NCBI GenBank assembly: GCA_964608495.1
Contig: CAZSOQ010000002.1
Location: 1-58,884, forward strand
DNA: 58,884 bases
Source of the DNA: an uncultured Armatimonadia bacterium
Lineage (GTDB): Bacteria; Armatimonadota; Zipacnadia; Zipacnadales; FEN-943
Direction of reading: 5' to 3'
Below are positions 28,412 to 37,558 of this stretch, piece by piece (position 1 is the first letter of the stretch; every line of letters starts with the position of its first letter). The notes beneath the pieces were generated by a model that was not told the DNA's origin, did no database searches, and worked only from the letters and a program-made list of their open reading frames with translations. The translations under genes were made by a program, and so were the position numbers.

Positions 28412-29776
28412 GTGAGCGACGACAGGCCCGATATCATCAGCTCCGACGGCGGCGAGCAGGCCCCGGCGGAGGAGCAGCCGGAGTGGCTCGCGGAGCGGCT
28501 GGCGTGGTTCGAGAGCCTGAAGTTCGGGCTCTTCCTGCACTGGGGGCCCTACTCGCAGTGGGGGTGCATCGAGTCCTGGCCTCTGGTCGAGGAGGATACG
28601 TGGGCCAGGCCCGATAGCCTCAAGGCCTGGGTCGAGCGCGGCCGGGACCTGGAGCGCTTCCGGCGCGACTACTGCGCGCTGAACCGCACCTTCGACCCCA
28701 CGCGTTTCGAGCCGGAAGCCTGGGCCGAGGCCGCCGAGCAGGCCGGGATGAGGTACGTGGCCTTCACGACCAAGCACCACGACGGGTTCTGCATGTTCGA
28801 CACGAGGACCACGGACTACCGCATCACGCACCCCGACTGCCCCTTCCACTCGCACCCGCGGGCCAACGTGGCCAGGGAAGTGTTCCAGGCCTTCCGCGAG
28901 CGTGGGATGGGCATAAGCTGCTACTTCTCGAAATCGGACTGGCACTCGCCCTACTACTGGAGCCCGGACGCCCCCGCGCACGACCGCAACCCGAACTATG
29001 ACACCCAGGCCCACCCCGAGCGGTGGGCCAGGTTCGTGGCCTTCGTACACGCGCAGGTGGAGGAGCTGATGACCGAGTACGGGCCGGTGGATGTGCTGTG
29101 GCTGGACGGAGGGCAGGTGCGCCCGCCCAGGCAGGACATCCAGATGGCGCGCCTGGCGGCGATGGCCCGTTCGCACCAGCCCGGGCTGATCGTGGCGGAC
29201 CGGACGGTGGGCGGGCCTTACGAGAACATCCTGACACCGGAGCAGAGAATCCCCGAGGAGCCCCTGGAGCAGACCTGGGAGTCCTGCCTGACCATGGGCA
29301 CGGGCTGGGCCTACAAGCCCGAGGACGAGTACAAGCCGGCGCGGACACTCCTGCGGATGCTCATCGAGACCGTGTCGAAGAACGGGAACCTGCTGCTGAA
29401 CATCGGGCCGTCACCGGAGGGTGTGCTCCCCGAGGAAGCCGTAAGGCGCCTGCGGGAGATCGGCGCCTGGATGGCCGTCAACGGCGAGGCCATCCACGAC
29501 ACGCACGCGATCGCGCCCTACGCCGAGGGCCAGGTGCGCTACACGGCGAGGGGAGAGACGGTCTACGCGATAGTGCAGGCCGACGAGGGCCAGGACGAGC
29601 CGCCGGCGGAGGTGACGCTGACGGGGCTGCGGCCGGCGCCGGGCGCGAAGGTTGAGCTGCTGGGGCACGACGGGCCGCTGGAGTGGGACAGCACGCAGGC
29701 GGGAGCTCGGATACGGTTCCCGCGGCGACCCGCGCCGTGCGAGCACGCCTGGGTGCTCAGGTACCGGCGGGCCTAG
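28412..29776 (+). CDS. GH29 alpha-L-fucosidase
   Basis: Motifs: FGLFLHWGPYSQWG, YVAFTTKHHDGFCMFDT, NGNLLLNIGP. GTG start after AGGTGAGG. Confidence 0.85.
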   Translation: MSDDRPDIISSDGGEQAPAEEQPEWLAERLAWFESLKFGLFLHWGPYSQWGCIESWPLVEEDTWARPDSLKAWVERGRDLERFRRDYCALNRTFDPTRFEPEAWAEAAEQAGMRYVAFTTKHHDGFCMFDTRTTDYRITHPDCPFHSHPRANVAREVFQAFRERGMGISCYFSKSDWHSPYYWSPDAPAHDRNPNYDTQAHPERWARFVAFVHAQVEELMTEYGPVDVLWLDGGQVRPPRQDIQMARLAAMARSHQPGLIVADRTVGGPYENILTPEQRIPEEPLEQTWESCLTMGTGWAYKPEDEYKPARTLLRMLIETVSKNGNLLLNIGPSPEGVLPEEAVRRLREIGAWMAVNGEAIHDTHAIAPYAEGQVRYTARGETVYAIVQADEGQDEPPAEVTLTGLRPAPGAKVELLGHDGPLEWDSTQAGARIRFPRRPAPCEHAWVLRYRRA

Positions 29777-29833
29777 ACTCGCGGGGACCCGGGGCGGCTG
29801 CGTCGCGGAGCAACCTAGGGCCGGAGGCAAGCC

Positions 29834-31063
29834 GTGGAGCAGGACAAGGGCGCGAACAGGGAGTCGATCGCTCAGCTCCTGGTGCTGAGCGGCTCCTTCT
29901 TCTTCATCTTCGTTGGCACGGGGGCCCTACAGCAGTTCCTGCTACCCATCCTCGGCACGCGAGCCGGGGTGAGCGATGCGGCGGCGGCAGCGGTCTTCGC
30001 GTGCGTGTACTTCGCGGGGCCGGTGTTCCTGGCTGTGTACGGCTACGTGTACCAGGCGCTGAAGGAACGCTGGTGCCTGGTGCTCGGGACCTTCACCTAC
30101 ACGCTCTTTGCGGTCGTGGTGTTGGTGGCGCCGGACCCGACGATCGTGCTCGGGGCGGCGATCCTGTGGGGCTTCGGGGCCGAGACGATCTGGGCCACCG
30201 GCCCCACGCAGGTCATCAACGCCAGTCACCGGTCGCGCTACGGCAGCATCTCGGGGATCTTCCAGAGCGCCACCTACTCCGGCCAGATGCTCGGCGTTGT
30301 GCTCCTGGGCACGATCCTGCGCCGGTACGCCGATCCCGCCCAGGGGCAGACCGTGATCCTGGCCACGGCCGCGGCCATCAGCCTGATCGGCAACGTGCTG
30401 GCTCTGTTCCTCAAGGTGAAGCCCAAGACCCTCCCGCCCGCGCGGCTTGCGGATGCCTTCCAGGCGCTGCGATCGCTGGCGGGGCGGTACCTAGTCCTGC
30501 TGTCGGTGGCGACCTACCTGGGGTGGGGGCTGGTGCTGTCAAGCTTCACGCTGCTCGTGAAGGACCTGGGGCAGGACGCCAAGCTGCACTGGATCGTGTT
30601 CCCCTACTACGCGGGCCGCCTGCTGGTGGCCTGGGCGGCGGGCCACATGTCCGACAAGGTGGGACGCGAGCGGGTGATGCTGGCCGGGTTCGCGCTGGGC
30701 ACGACCGGTCTCACGGTGGCGGCCCTCTCGCCCAGCGCCGCGACCGTGGCGGCCGTATCGGCGGTGTTGGGCATGCAGGCCGCCATGGTCAGCGTGGCCA
30801 GCGCCGCGGCCGTGGGCGACTACATCCCGGAGAAGCAGCGCCACCTGGTCTTCGCGGGCACCAACGCCTGGGGCTACCTGGCCGCCGGCGGCACGATGGT
30901 CGTGTCCCAGCTCCTGCGCCGCCACTACGGGGACTTCACGCCCTCCTTCCTGCTCTTCGCCGGCTTCTACGGCGCCTGCGCGCTCGTCGTCATGCGCATG
31001 CGGGCCTCGCTGGCTGGCGGGGACGTTCCGTCCGCAGGCTCCAGGCCGGCGGACGGCGCCTAG
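29834..31063 (+). CDS. MFS transporter
   Basis: 409 aa with about 12 hydrophobic helices. GTG start after GGAGG. Same strand as, and 57 nt after, the fucosidase gene. Confidence 0.7.
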   Translation: MEQDKGANRESIAQLLVLSGSFFFIFVGTGALQQFLLPILGTRAGVSDAAAAAVFACVYFAGPVFLAVYGYVYQALKERWCLVLGTFTYTLFAVVVLVAPDPTIVLGAAILWGFGAETIWATGPTQVINASHRSRYGSISGIFQSATYSGQMLGVVLLGTILRRYADPAQGQTVILATAAAISLIGNVLALFLKVKPKTLPPARLADAFQALRSLAGRYLVLLSVATYLGWGLVLSSFTLLVKDLGQDAKLHWIVFPYYAGRLLVAWAAGHMSDKVGRERVMLAGFALGTTGLTVAALSPSAATVAAVSAVLGMQAAMVSVASAAAVGDYIPEKQRHLVFAGTNAWGYLAAGGTMVVSQLLRRHYGDFTPSFLLFAGFYGACALVVMRMRASLAGGDVPSAGSRPADGA

Positions 31064-31092
31064 GGGCACGAAGCCGGCCCCGTGCCGACGCG

Positions 31093-33705
31093 TCACAGCT
31101 CCGGCGGCTCGGGAGGGAGCTCCGGCATCTCGAGGCTCCCCACGTTGAGCAGGTAGAAGCACGAGGGCGACCGCGCGCCGTCGGATTCGGCCCATACCTC
31201 GACCTGCTGCTCCGGAGGCAGTTGCTGGGGCGCGAAGATTTCCAGGGGCGTGCTCGGGCGCCAGGAGCGCTTGCTGATCCAGGGCCGAGCGCCGGAGAGG
31301 GTGACCGAGACCTCCGGGGCGCGCACGATGCTGTAGGGCGGCGCGGAGCACGCCACCGAGGCAGTCTCGGGTTCCCAGCCCGCCGGGAAGCGAAGCTGGA
31401 TAGTGGCCTTGGCCGCGCGAGGGGTCATGTTGAGGAAGAGGGGCTGCACGGTGTGAGTGCGGCCGGGCTCGATGAGGTGGGCTTTCACCAGGAAGGGCGC
31501 CGTAGGGAACTGGGCCAGGCCTAGCAGGTTCGTGTAGACGGGGTCCTCGAGGGCCGCCCAGGCGCGGGCGACGACGACCTCGGTGCCGACCAGGCGGCAC
31601 AGTAGCGGGCCCTGGCTGGCCGAGACCATCCGGTGGGTTGTCCAGGCGCGCCGGACGAGGGACCGGGCCGAGGGCTTGACAAAGCCCCGCCCGCGGGCGA
31701 CAGCCACGTTCCACGCGCGCAGGACCTCGTTGCGAACGTCCTTCAGGTCCTCCTCGGAGACCGTCTCGCCACCCCGGAAGTCCCCGACGGCGTCGGCTAG
31801 CTCGGTGAACCACTCGCTGAGCCCTAGAGCGCGCCAGTAGGTGTTGAAGAGGCTGGCCAGCGGCCGGGTTTCCGTCCGGGAGGGTGCCAGCGCGAGGAGC
31901 AGGCCTTGCAGGTCCCCAGCCGCGCGGGCGACGGACGGGCGGGCCCGGCGGCCGTTCCGTCCCAGGTCTTCGACGGCCCTCTGGGCCGACTGCTCGGCGG
32001 TCGAGACCGCCGCGGGCGCCAGACGCTTCAGGTCGTCGCGCAGAAGGCGCAGGTAGGAGCACCACCACGACGACCCCGACGTCGGCCTGACGCCGAATTG
32101 CGTGTCGAGGAATTCGGCGAGCCGGGCCTTGGCCGCCTCGGCGACGAGCGACCAGGACACGCCGCTGACGACCACCGGCTCCAGGCCCAGGGACACCGAG
32201 AGCACGTCGCCGCGAGTGCCGGGAAGGTCGCCGCCGAGGCAGTCATAGCAGGACGTGATGGGCGTCGAGCCCACGCGCAGGGACACGGAGGCGCGATCGC
32301 CCGAGTTGCAGAGGATGGCGCGGGGGATGCCCTCGCGGAGGAAGACGTAGGCAGTGACGCCGGGCTGGAGAGTGAGGCGCCCGGCGTAGGAGGCGTCCGC
32401 GAGCAGGTGGCGGGCGAAGGCGAGGGCGACATAGGGTGGGCTGGCGGCCAGGCCGTCGGGCAGATTGTGGCAGATGCTGCCGCTGTCGCGATGGACGGTG
32501 GGGGAGCTATCCCAGCCGACGCCGCGGAAATGCTGCTCGACGCCCCAGTGGAGGAGCTGCCCGTACATGGGCAGGACGTACTGGGCGAAGGGGCGCCCGG
32601 AGACCTCATCGTTGAAGTAGCCCTCGGTGAAGCACAGCCGGTAGGGCAGCCCGTACTTGTAGCCGATCGAGTACGCCCCGTAGATCCACAGGGGCAGGCT
32701 CTGGTCGGCCTCATGTCCCCCATGGCCGGCCGCGAGGTCGAAGAAGGAGCGCAGACCCCAGGAGTAGGACATGCCGGTCTCGGTCCAGTGGCCGCAGCTC
32801 CCGCCATAGACGACCGGCGCCTCCAGCGTGTCCAGGACCCCGTGGGCGAGGCGCAGCAGGTCGCAGTAGTTGTGCCAGGGGCCGTAGAAGAAGTTCTGGT
32901 CGGCCTCGTTCCAGATCTCCCAGGCGGCGACGGCGGGCAGGTAGGACCGGCTCTTGGCCTGCGGGGCGAGGCGCTCGGGCGGCCAGGCCACGTCCGGGAA
33001 GCGGCCCGCGAAGTCCTGACACCAGCGCAAGAACTCGACCCACTCGGTCAGGTCGCCGATGGGCCAGGTGTGCCCCGCGGACCCGGGCCGCCCACTGAGG
33101 GCGTCGGCGGGCCGCACGCCGGCGTGGCGCGGCGCATACCCCACGATGGGCATGAACTGCAGGCCCGCGCGCTGGGCGCGAGTCATGATGTCGTTGGTGT
33201 AGCCCGCGGCCCAGCAATCGTCCCAGGGCTCGATGGTGGGCCAGCCCCAGTCGCGACGGACGACCCGCAGTCCCGCCAGCGAGAGGTAGTCGGCTCGGGT
33301 CTGGTTGTCCAGCGTGGCGCAGACCCCAAATAGAAGGTATCGGCGCCCCTGCCCCTCCATGGGCGGCAAGACCGCGAAGGCGTCCTTCTTGACCGACCCG
33401 TCGGGCAAGGTAAGCTGCAGCTCGTACCAGCCCCGGGCGAGACGCCCCAGGCGCAGCTCGCAGGTTCGGGACGCGGTGACGATCCGGGAGCCACGGGCGA
33501 CCGTCTTGCCGTGGTAGTCGAGGACGACGTAGGGAATCGCCGCGCGGCCTTCGTCGAGCGCCAAGCCGAGGCCCACAGTCTCCGTCTCGAAGAACACGCG
33601 GCCGGCGCGCGGCGCCGTGACGTGCAGGTCGGCCGAAGCGCGGCAGACCATCAGCACCAGCAAGGGAGGCAGGGCAAGAAAGAAGGGCGGCAGCAGGCGA
33701 CGCAT
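31093..33705 (-). CDS. Secreted glycoside hydrolase-like protein (clan GH-A type NE acid/base motif) with large C-terminal extension
   Basis: Signal peptide MRRLLPPFFLALPPLLVLMVCRASA. VAAWEIWNEADQNFFYGPW resembles the WNEP catalytic strand of GH5/30/39-type TIM barrels. GAGGAG SD. Confidence 0.55.
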   Translation of the reverse strand: MRRLLPPFFLALPPLLVLMVCRASADLHVTAPRAGRVFFETETVGLGLALDEGRAAIPYVVLDYHGKTVARGSRIVTASRTCELRLGRLARGWYELQLTLPDGSVKKDAFAVLPPMEGQGRRYLLFGVCATLDNQTRADYLSLAGLRVVRRDWGWPTIEPWDDCWAAGYTNDIMTRAQRAGLQFMPIVGYAPRHAGVRPADALSGRPGSAGHTWPIGDLTEWVEFLRWCQDFAGRFPDVAWPPERLAPQAKSRSYLPAVAAWEIWNEADQNFFYGPWHNYCDLLRLAHGVLDTLEAPVVYGGSCGHWTETGMSYSWGLRSFFDLAAGHGGHEADQSLPLWIYGAYSIGYKYGLPYRLCFTEGYFNDEVSGRPFAQYVLPMYGQLLHWGVEQHFRGVGWDSSPTVHRDSGSICHNLPDGLAASPPYVALAFARHLLADASYAGRLTLQPGVTAYVFLREGIPRAILCNSGDRASVSLRVGSTPITSCYDCLGGDLPGTRGDVLSVSLGLEPVVVSGVSWSLVAEAAKARLAEFLDTQFGVRPTSGSSWWCSYLRLLRDDLKRLAPAAVSTAEQSAQRAVEDLGRNGRRARPSVARAAGDLQGLLLALAPSRTETRPLASLFNTYWRALGLSEWFTELADAVGDFRGGETVSEEDLKDVRNEVLRAWNVAVARGRGFVKPSARSLVRRAWTTHRMVSASQGPLLCRLVGTEVVVARAWAALEDPVYTNLLGLAQFPTAPFLVKAHLIEPGRTHTVQPLFLNMTPRAAKATIQLRFPAGWEPETASVACSAPPYSIVRAPEVSVTLSGARPWISKRSWRPSTPLEIFAPQQLPPEQQVEVWAESDGARSPSCFYLLNVGSLEMPELPPEPPEL

Positions 33706-33884
33706 GGCAGGGACTCCTCTGGACTTGCGGCAGCGCGGTGCCGTATCCTGTATCGGCTTCGCCCCCGAGGGCTTTAAGCCACGCGGGATTCCCCATCCCG
33801 GCGGGCCGCCGAGGGCGGGAGGGCAGGTGGGACGGGGCCGACCGGCGGCGAGAGACAGGTCGAGGAAGTAGGCTGGCGCTCGAT

Positions 33885-35876
33885 ATGGCCGAGGAGACAG
33901 TCGGCGCGGGCAGTATGAGCCCCCAGAGGGAGGGCACCCCGCAGGGCGCGGCGCGCGATCCGCGGGACGTGGGCGTGACCGCGCGGGTGCTGGTGCTCGC
34001 GCTCGTCCTGGCGCCGCTCAACGCCGGGTTCATGACCTTCCTGCACGGGCGGCAGATAGAGGATCCCACCGTGGTTTCGCTGTTCTGGAACGTCCTGTTC
34101 GCCCTGGTGGTCGTGCGGCTGCTGAACGGGATCGTCAGGCGCTACTGGCCGCGCGGGGCGCTCTCGCCGGCCGAGCTGATGTCCTTCTTCATCTTGCTCT
34201 CGGTGGCCTCGTGTAACAGCGGACTGGACACCTTCAAGACCACCTGGGGCACCATGCAGGGCGCGACGATCTTCGCCGACCCCCAGAACCACTGGGAAGA
34301 CCTGTTCCACCAGTACCTGCCCCAGGGGATGCTGGTCACCGACGAGGGGGCCCTGGACAGGCTGTGGCGGGGCGGCTCTCTCTTCAGCCCCGAGAACTGG
34401 CGGGCCTGGATCGCGCCCGTCTTCCGCTGGTGGCTGTTCTACATCGCGCTGTGGAGCGCGCCGGTGGGCCTGGCGGTCATGATCCGGCGCCGATGGATCG
34501 AGAGCGAGCGGATGGGCTTCCCCATCGTGCAGGTCCCCATGGACGTCTCCCAGCCGGTCGTCCTGCCCATGAGGCAGTGGCTGTTCTGGCTGGGCATCGG
34601 GATCCCCGTCGTCATCAACCTCCTCAACGGCCTGCACGTCCTCTTCCCCGGCGTGCCCCAGATACCCATCAAGATCGGCCAGAGCCCGACGCTCGACATG
34701 CGCACCTACCTCACGACCCGGCCCTGGAATGCCGTGGGCCGCTTCTACATCTGCATGTACCCCTTCATGGTGGGGCTCGGCCTGTTGCTCCCGGCGGAGC
34801 TGAGCCTCTCGCTGTGGCTGTTCTACCTGTGGTGGAAGGTGGAGGCCATCTTCTGCTCCTGGGCCGGATGGACCCACACGCCGGAGTTCCCCTACATGAA
34901 GGAGCAGTCCTTCGGCGGCTATATCGCCCTGCTCGGCTTCGCGCTGTGGGCCGCCCGCTCCCACCTGGCCGACGTGTGGGACGGGATCGTGGGCGGGGGC
35001 CGTCGCACCGACCGCCGCGAGCCCCTCAGCTACCGCGCCGCCGCTCTGCTCTTCCTGGCGGGCTTCGCCTACGTGGTCGGCGTAGGGATCTCGCAGAAGA
35101 TGGCCCCGTGGGTCGCCGTCTGCTTCTTCGTCCAGTACTACATGATGCAGTTGATCGTGGGCCGCATCAGGGCCGAGATGGGCCTGCCCACCCATGAGCT
35201 CGAGCGCCTGGGGCCGACCGTGACGCTGGGCAACGTCCTCGGCGTCCGCACCATCGGCCCACAGAACCTCACCTCGCTCTCCGTGTTCTTCGGCTTCACG
35301 CGCGGCCTGCGCAACATACCCCTCCCCCACCAACTCGAGGCGCTGTACCTGGCCGACCGCACGGGCCTGGACGGCCGGCGGCTCCTGCTGTCGTCCATGC
35401 TCATGATCCCGGTGGGCCTCGGCGCCGCCTGGTTCTGGAGCCTGTACCTCGGGTACCTGCACGGGCTCAACAGCCCCTGGGGCATCTGGATGCCCTGGTC
35501 GTCGCGCGAGGCCTGGAACCAGCTCGCCGGATGGCTCACCTGGCCCCAGGGAGTGCAGTGGGGACGCGTCGAGGCCATGGTCGTGGGCTTCGCCGTCTAC
35601 TGGGGCATGATGGTCGTGCGCACGCGCTGGGTGGGCTTCCCCTTCCACCCCATGGGGTTCGCGATCGGCACGACCTGGTACATGGCGCACATGTGGTTCC
35701 CCATGCTGATCGCCTGGTCCATCAAGTCGGTCTCTACCCGCTACATGGGCCCGAAGACGATGACGGGCGTCCGGGCCCTGGCCTTCGGGCTGGTCCTGGG
35801 CGACGTGGTGACTGGGGCCCTGTGGATCCTCTACGGGCTTGTATCACACCAGGTCACCTACTCCTTCTGGCCGTGA
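33885..35876 (+). CDS. Large polytopic membrane protein, function unknown
   Basis: ORF 33738.. trimmed to the ATG at 33885. About 663 aa with ~14 or more hydrophobic segments rich in W/F/Y. No family motif recognised. Confidence 0.6.
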   Translation: MAEETVGAGSMSPQREGTPQGAARDPRDVGVTARVLVLALVLAPLNAGFMTFLHGRQIEDPTVVSLFWNVLFALVVVRLLNGIVRRYWPRGALSPAELMSFFILLSVASCNSGLDTFKTTWGTMQGATIFADPQNHWEDLFHQYLPQGMLVTDEGALDRLWRGGSLFSPENWRAWIAPVFRWWLFYIALWSAPVGLAVMIRRRWIESERMGFPIVQVPMDVSQPVVLPMRQWLFWLGIGIPVVINLLNGLHVLFPGVPQIPIKIGQSPTLDMRTYLTTRPWNAVGRFYICMYPFMVGLGLLLPAELSLSLWLFYLWWKVEAIFCSWAGWTHTPEFPYMKEQSFGGYIALLGFALWAARSHLADVWDGIVGGGRRTDRREPLSYRAAALLFLAGFAYVVGVGISQKMAPWVAVCFFVQYYMMQLIVGRIRAEMGLPTHELERLGPTVTLGNVLGVRTIGPQNLTSLSVFFGFTRGLRNIPLPHQLEALYLADRTGLDGRRLLLSSMLMIPVGLGAAWFWSLYLGYLHGLNSPWGIWMPWSSREAWNQLAGWLTWPQGVQWGRVEAMVVGFAVYWGMMVVRTRWVGFPFHPMGFAIGTTWYMAHMWFPMLIAWSIKSVSTRYMGPKTMTGVRALAFGLVLGDVVTGALWILYGLVSHQVTYSFWP

Positions 35877-35951
35877 CGCGCCGGGCCGCGTCGCGGCATG
35901 GATTCGCCGGCTCTGCGGGTTGCAGGCGTCGTCGGCAGGGCTCACCTCACT

Positions 35952-36179
35952 CAGGATGCGCCGGCAACCAAGCCGCCCGAAGGGTAGAGGCCCGTGGCCC
36001 TGATGTGGGAGCCGGCTGTGCCGGCGACCCGGACTGCCATGCCCTGTCGCCAGCAATAGCTGGCTCCTACGGCAAGCCCGGCTCCCTGCGGCGGGCGCGG
36101 CCCCTGGAGGTCGGGGTGTCTGCGTCACCCGCCGTTGCCTGTGACAGATCCGTCCTTCGGCAACCGCACACGCCCCGGG
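35952..36179 (+). repeat. Copy A of a ~220-nt structured intergenic repeat
   Basis: Aligns end to end with 53716-53929 in the same orientation. Long hairpin at 36005-36070 and a conserved 3' block GGTGTCTGCGT..TTGCCTGTGACAGAyCCGTCCTT.GGCAACCG.ACACGCCC. Confidence 0.75.
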
Positions 36180-36210
36180 GCCCGATGGCCTATCCGGGAG
36201 GGGTGGTGGG

Positions 36211-36219
36211 TGCTATAAT
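36211..36219 (+). promoter_or_regulatory. Extended -10 promoter element TGcTATAAT upstream of murA
   Basis: Perfect TGnTATAAT 47 nt upstream of the TTG start at 36266, downstream of repeat copy A. Confidence 0.5.
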
Positions 36220-36265
36220 GCCGGATGGCCAGAGGACGCACCGAGATGTGGGAGTGTGAAGAACC

Positions 36266-37558
36266 TTGTCGAACCTGGTGATACAGGGCGGCGTCCGCCT
36301 GCGAGGTGAAGTGCAGGCCGGCGGCTCGAAGAATGGCAGTCTGCCGCTGTTGGCTGCCGCCCTGATGGTGAAAGGCGAGACGATTCTCGAGAACGTCCCG
36401 CTGATAGATGACGTTTCGACCATGCTGGAGATGCTGGGGGCCCTGGGCGCGGATTGGGAGTGGATAGGGCCGGGGCAGTTGCGGATAGACACCACGGATG
36501 TCACCGAGACGGTGGCCCCCTACGACCTCGTGCGCCGGATGAGGGGTTCCTTCTACGTCGCCGGGGCTCTCCTGGCGCGCTTCAGGGAGGCCGAGGTGCC
36601 CCTGCCGGGGGGCTGCGTGATAGGGTCGCGGCCGGTGGACTTCCACCTGGCCGGGTTCAGGGCCCTGGGGGCGCGGATATCGGAGGAGCACGGGGTGATG
36701 CGCGCGGAGGCGCCGCGACTGGTGGGAGCGAGGGTCTTTCTGGACCCCCGGTACCGCAGCGTCGGGGCGACGATAAACATAATGCTCGCCGCCACCCTCG
36801 CCGAGGATACCACCATCGTCGAGAACGCCTCCCGGGAGCCCGAGGTGGTCTCGTGCCAGGAGTTCCTCTCCCGGTGCGGCGCCAGGATCAGGGGAATCGG
36901 CGCCGCCACCGTCGTCATCGAGGGCGTCCGCGAGCTCCATCCTACCCGCTATACCGTCATACCCGACAGGATGGAGGCCGGCACCTACCTCCTCGCAGGC
37001 GCGCTCACCGGCGGTAACGTCACCGTCACCTCCGTCCGCCCCGACCACATGCACTCCGTCATCGAGAAGCTGCAGGAGGCGGGGTATGTGGTCCACAACT
37101 ACGGCGACGCCCTGCGCTTGGCCGGCGGCGGCCGGGCCCGGTCCATAGACATCACGACGGCGCCCTATCCCGGCTTCCCGACCGACCTGCAGCCCAACTT
37201 CGGCGTCCTGGCGGCGGTGGCCGAGGGCACCAGTGTCATAGAGGAGACGATCTTCGAGTCGCGGTTCAACTACGCGGACGAGTTGGCGAGGATGGGGGCC
37301 AACATCAGGGTGGTGGGCAGGGCCGCGATCCTACGCGGCGTCGAGAAGCTGCTCGGCGCGCCCGTGGAGGCGACCGACATACGCGCGGGCTCGGCTCTGG
37401 CCCTGGCGGGGCTCATAGCAGAGGGGCAGACGGAGATCGAGGGAGCCGAGTTCCTGGACCGCGGGTACGAGAACGTGGTGGACAAGCTGAGCAGCCTGGG
37501 GGCGCTCATCCAGCGCCAGGGCGGGGAGAGGAACACCGAGGCCCTATGTTCTCGCTGA
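36266..37558 (+). CDS. murA: UDP-N-acetylglucosamine 1-carboxyvinyltransferase
   Basis: LVIQGGVRLRGEVQAGGSKNGSLPLLAAALM and the active-site Cys context LPGGCVIGSRPVDFH. TTG start. Confidence 0.95.
   Translation: MSNLVIQGGVRLRGEVQAGGSKNGSLPLLAAALMVKGETILENVPLIDDVSTMLEMLGALGADWEWIGPGQLRIDTTDVTETVAPYDLVRRMRGSFYVAGALLARFREAEVPLPGGCVIGSRPVDFHLAGFRALGARISEEHGVMRAEAPRLVGARVFLDPRYRSVGATINIMLAATLAEDTTIVENASREPEVVSCQEFLSRCGARIRGIGAATVVIEGVRELHPTRYTVIPDRMEAGTYLLAGALTGGNVTVTSVRPDHMHSVIEKLQEAGYVVHNYGDALRLAGGGRARSIDITTAPYPGFPTDLQPNFGVLAAVAEGTSVIEETIFESRFNYADELARMGANIRVVGRAAILRGVEKLLGAPVEATDIRAGSALALAGLIAEGQTEIEGAEFLDRGYENVVDKLSSLGALIQRQGGERNTEALCSR

Noticed and set aside
35531-36259. ORFs crossing the repeat copies: 35531..36259(+), 36125..37096(-) and 53876..54274(-). 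The last two share the peptide RLPKDGSVTG.
   Set aside because: The shared peptide only reflects the nucleotide repeat. The reading frames are not conserved across the full repeat, copy-to-copy substitutions are not synonymous-biased, and the ORFs otherwise overlap murA or the MFS gene antisense.
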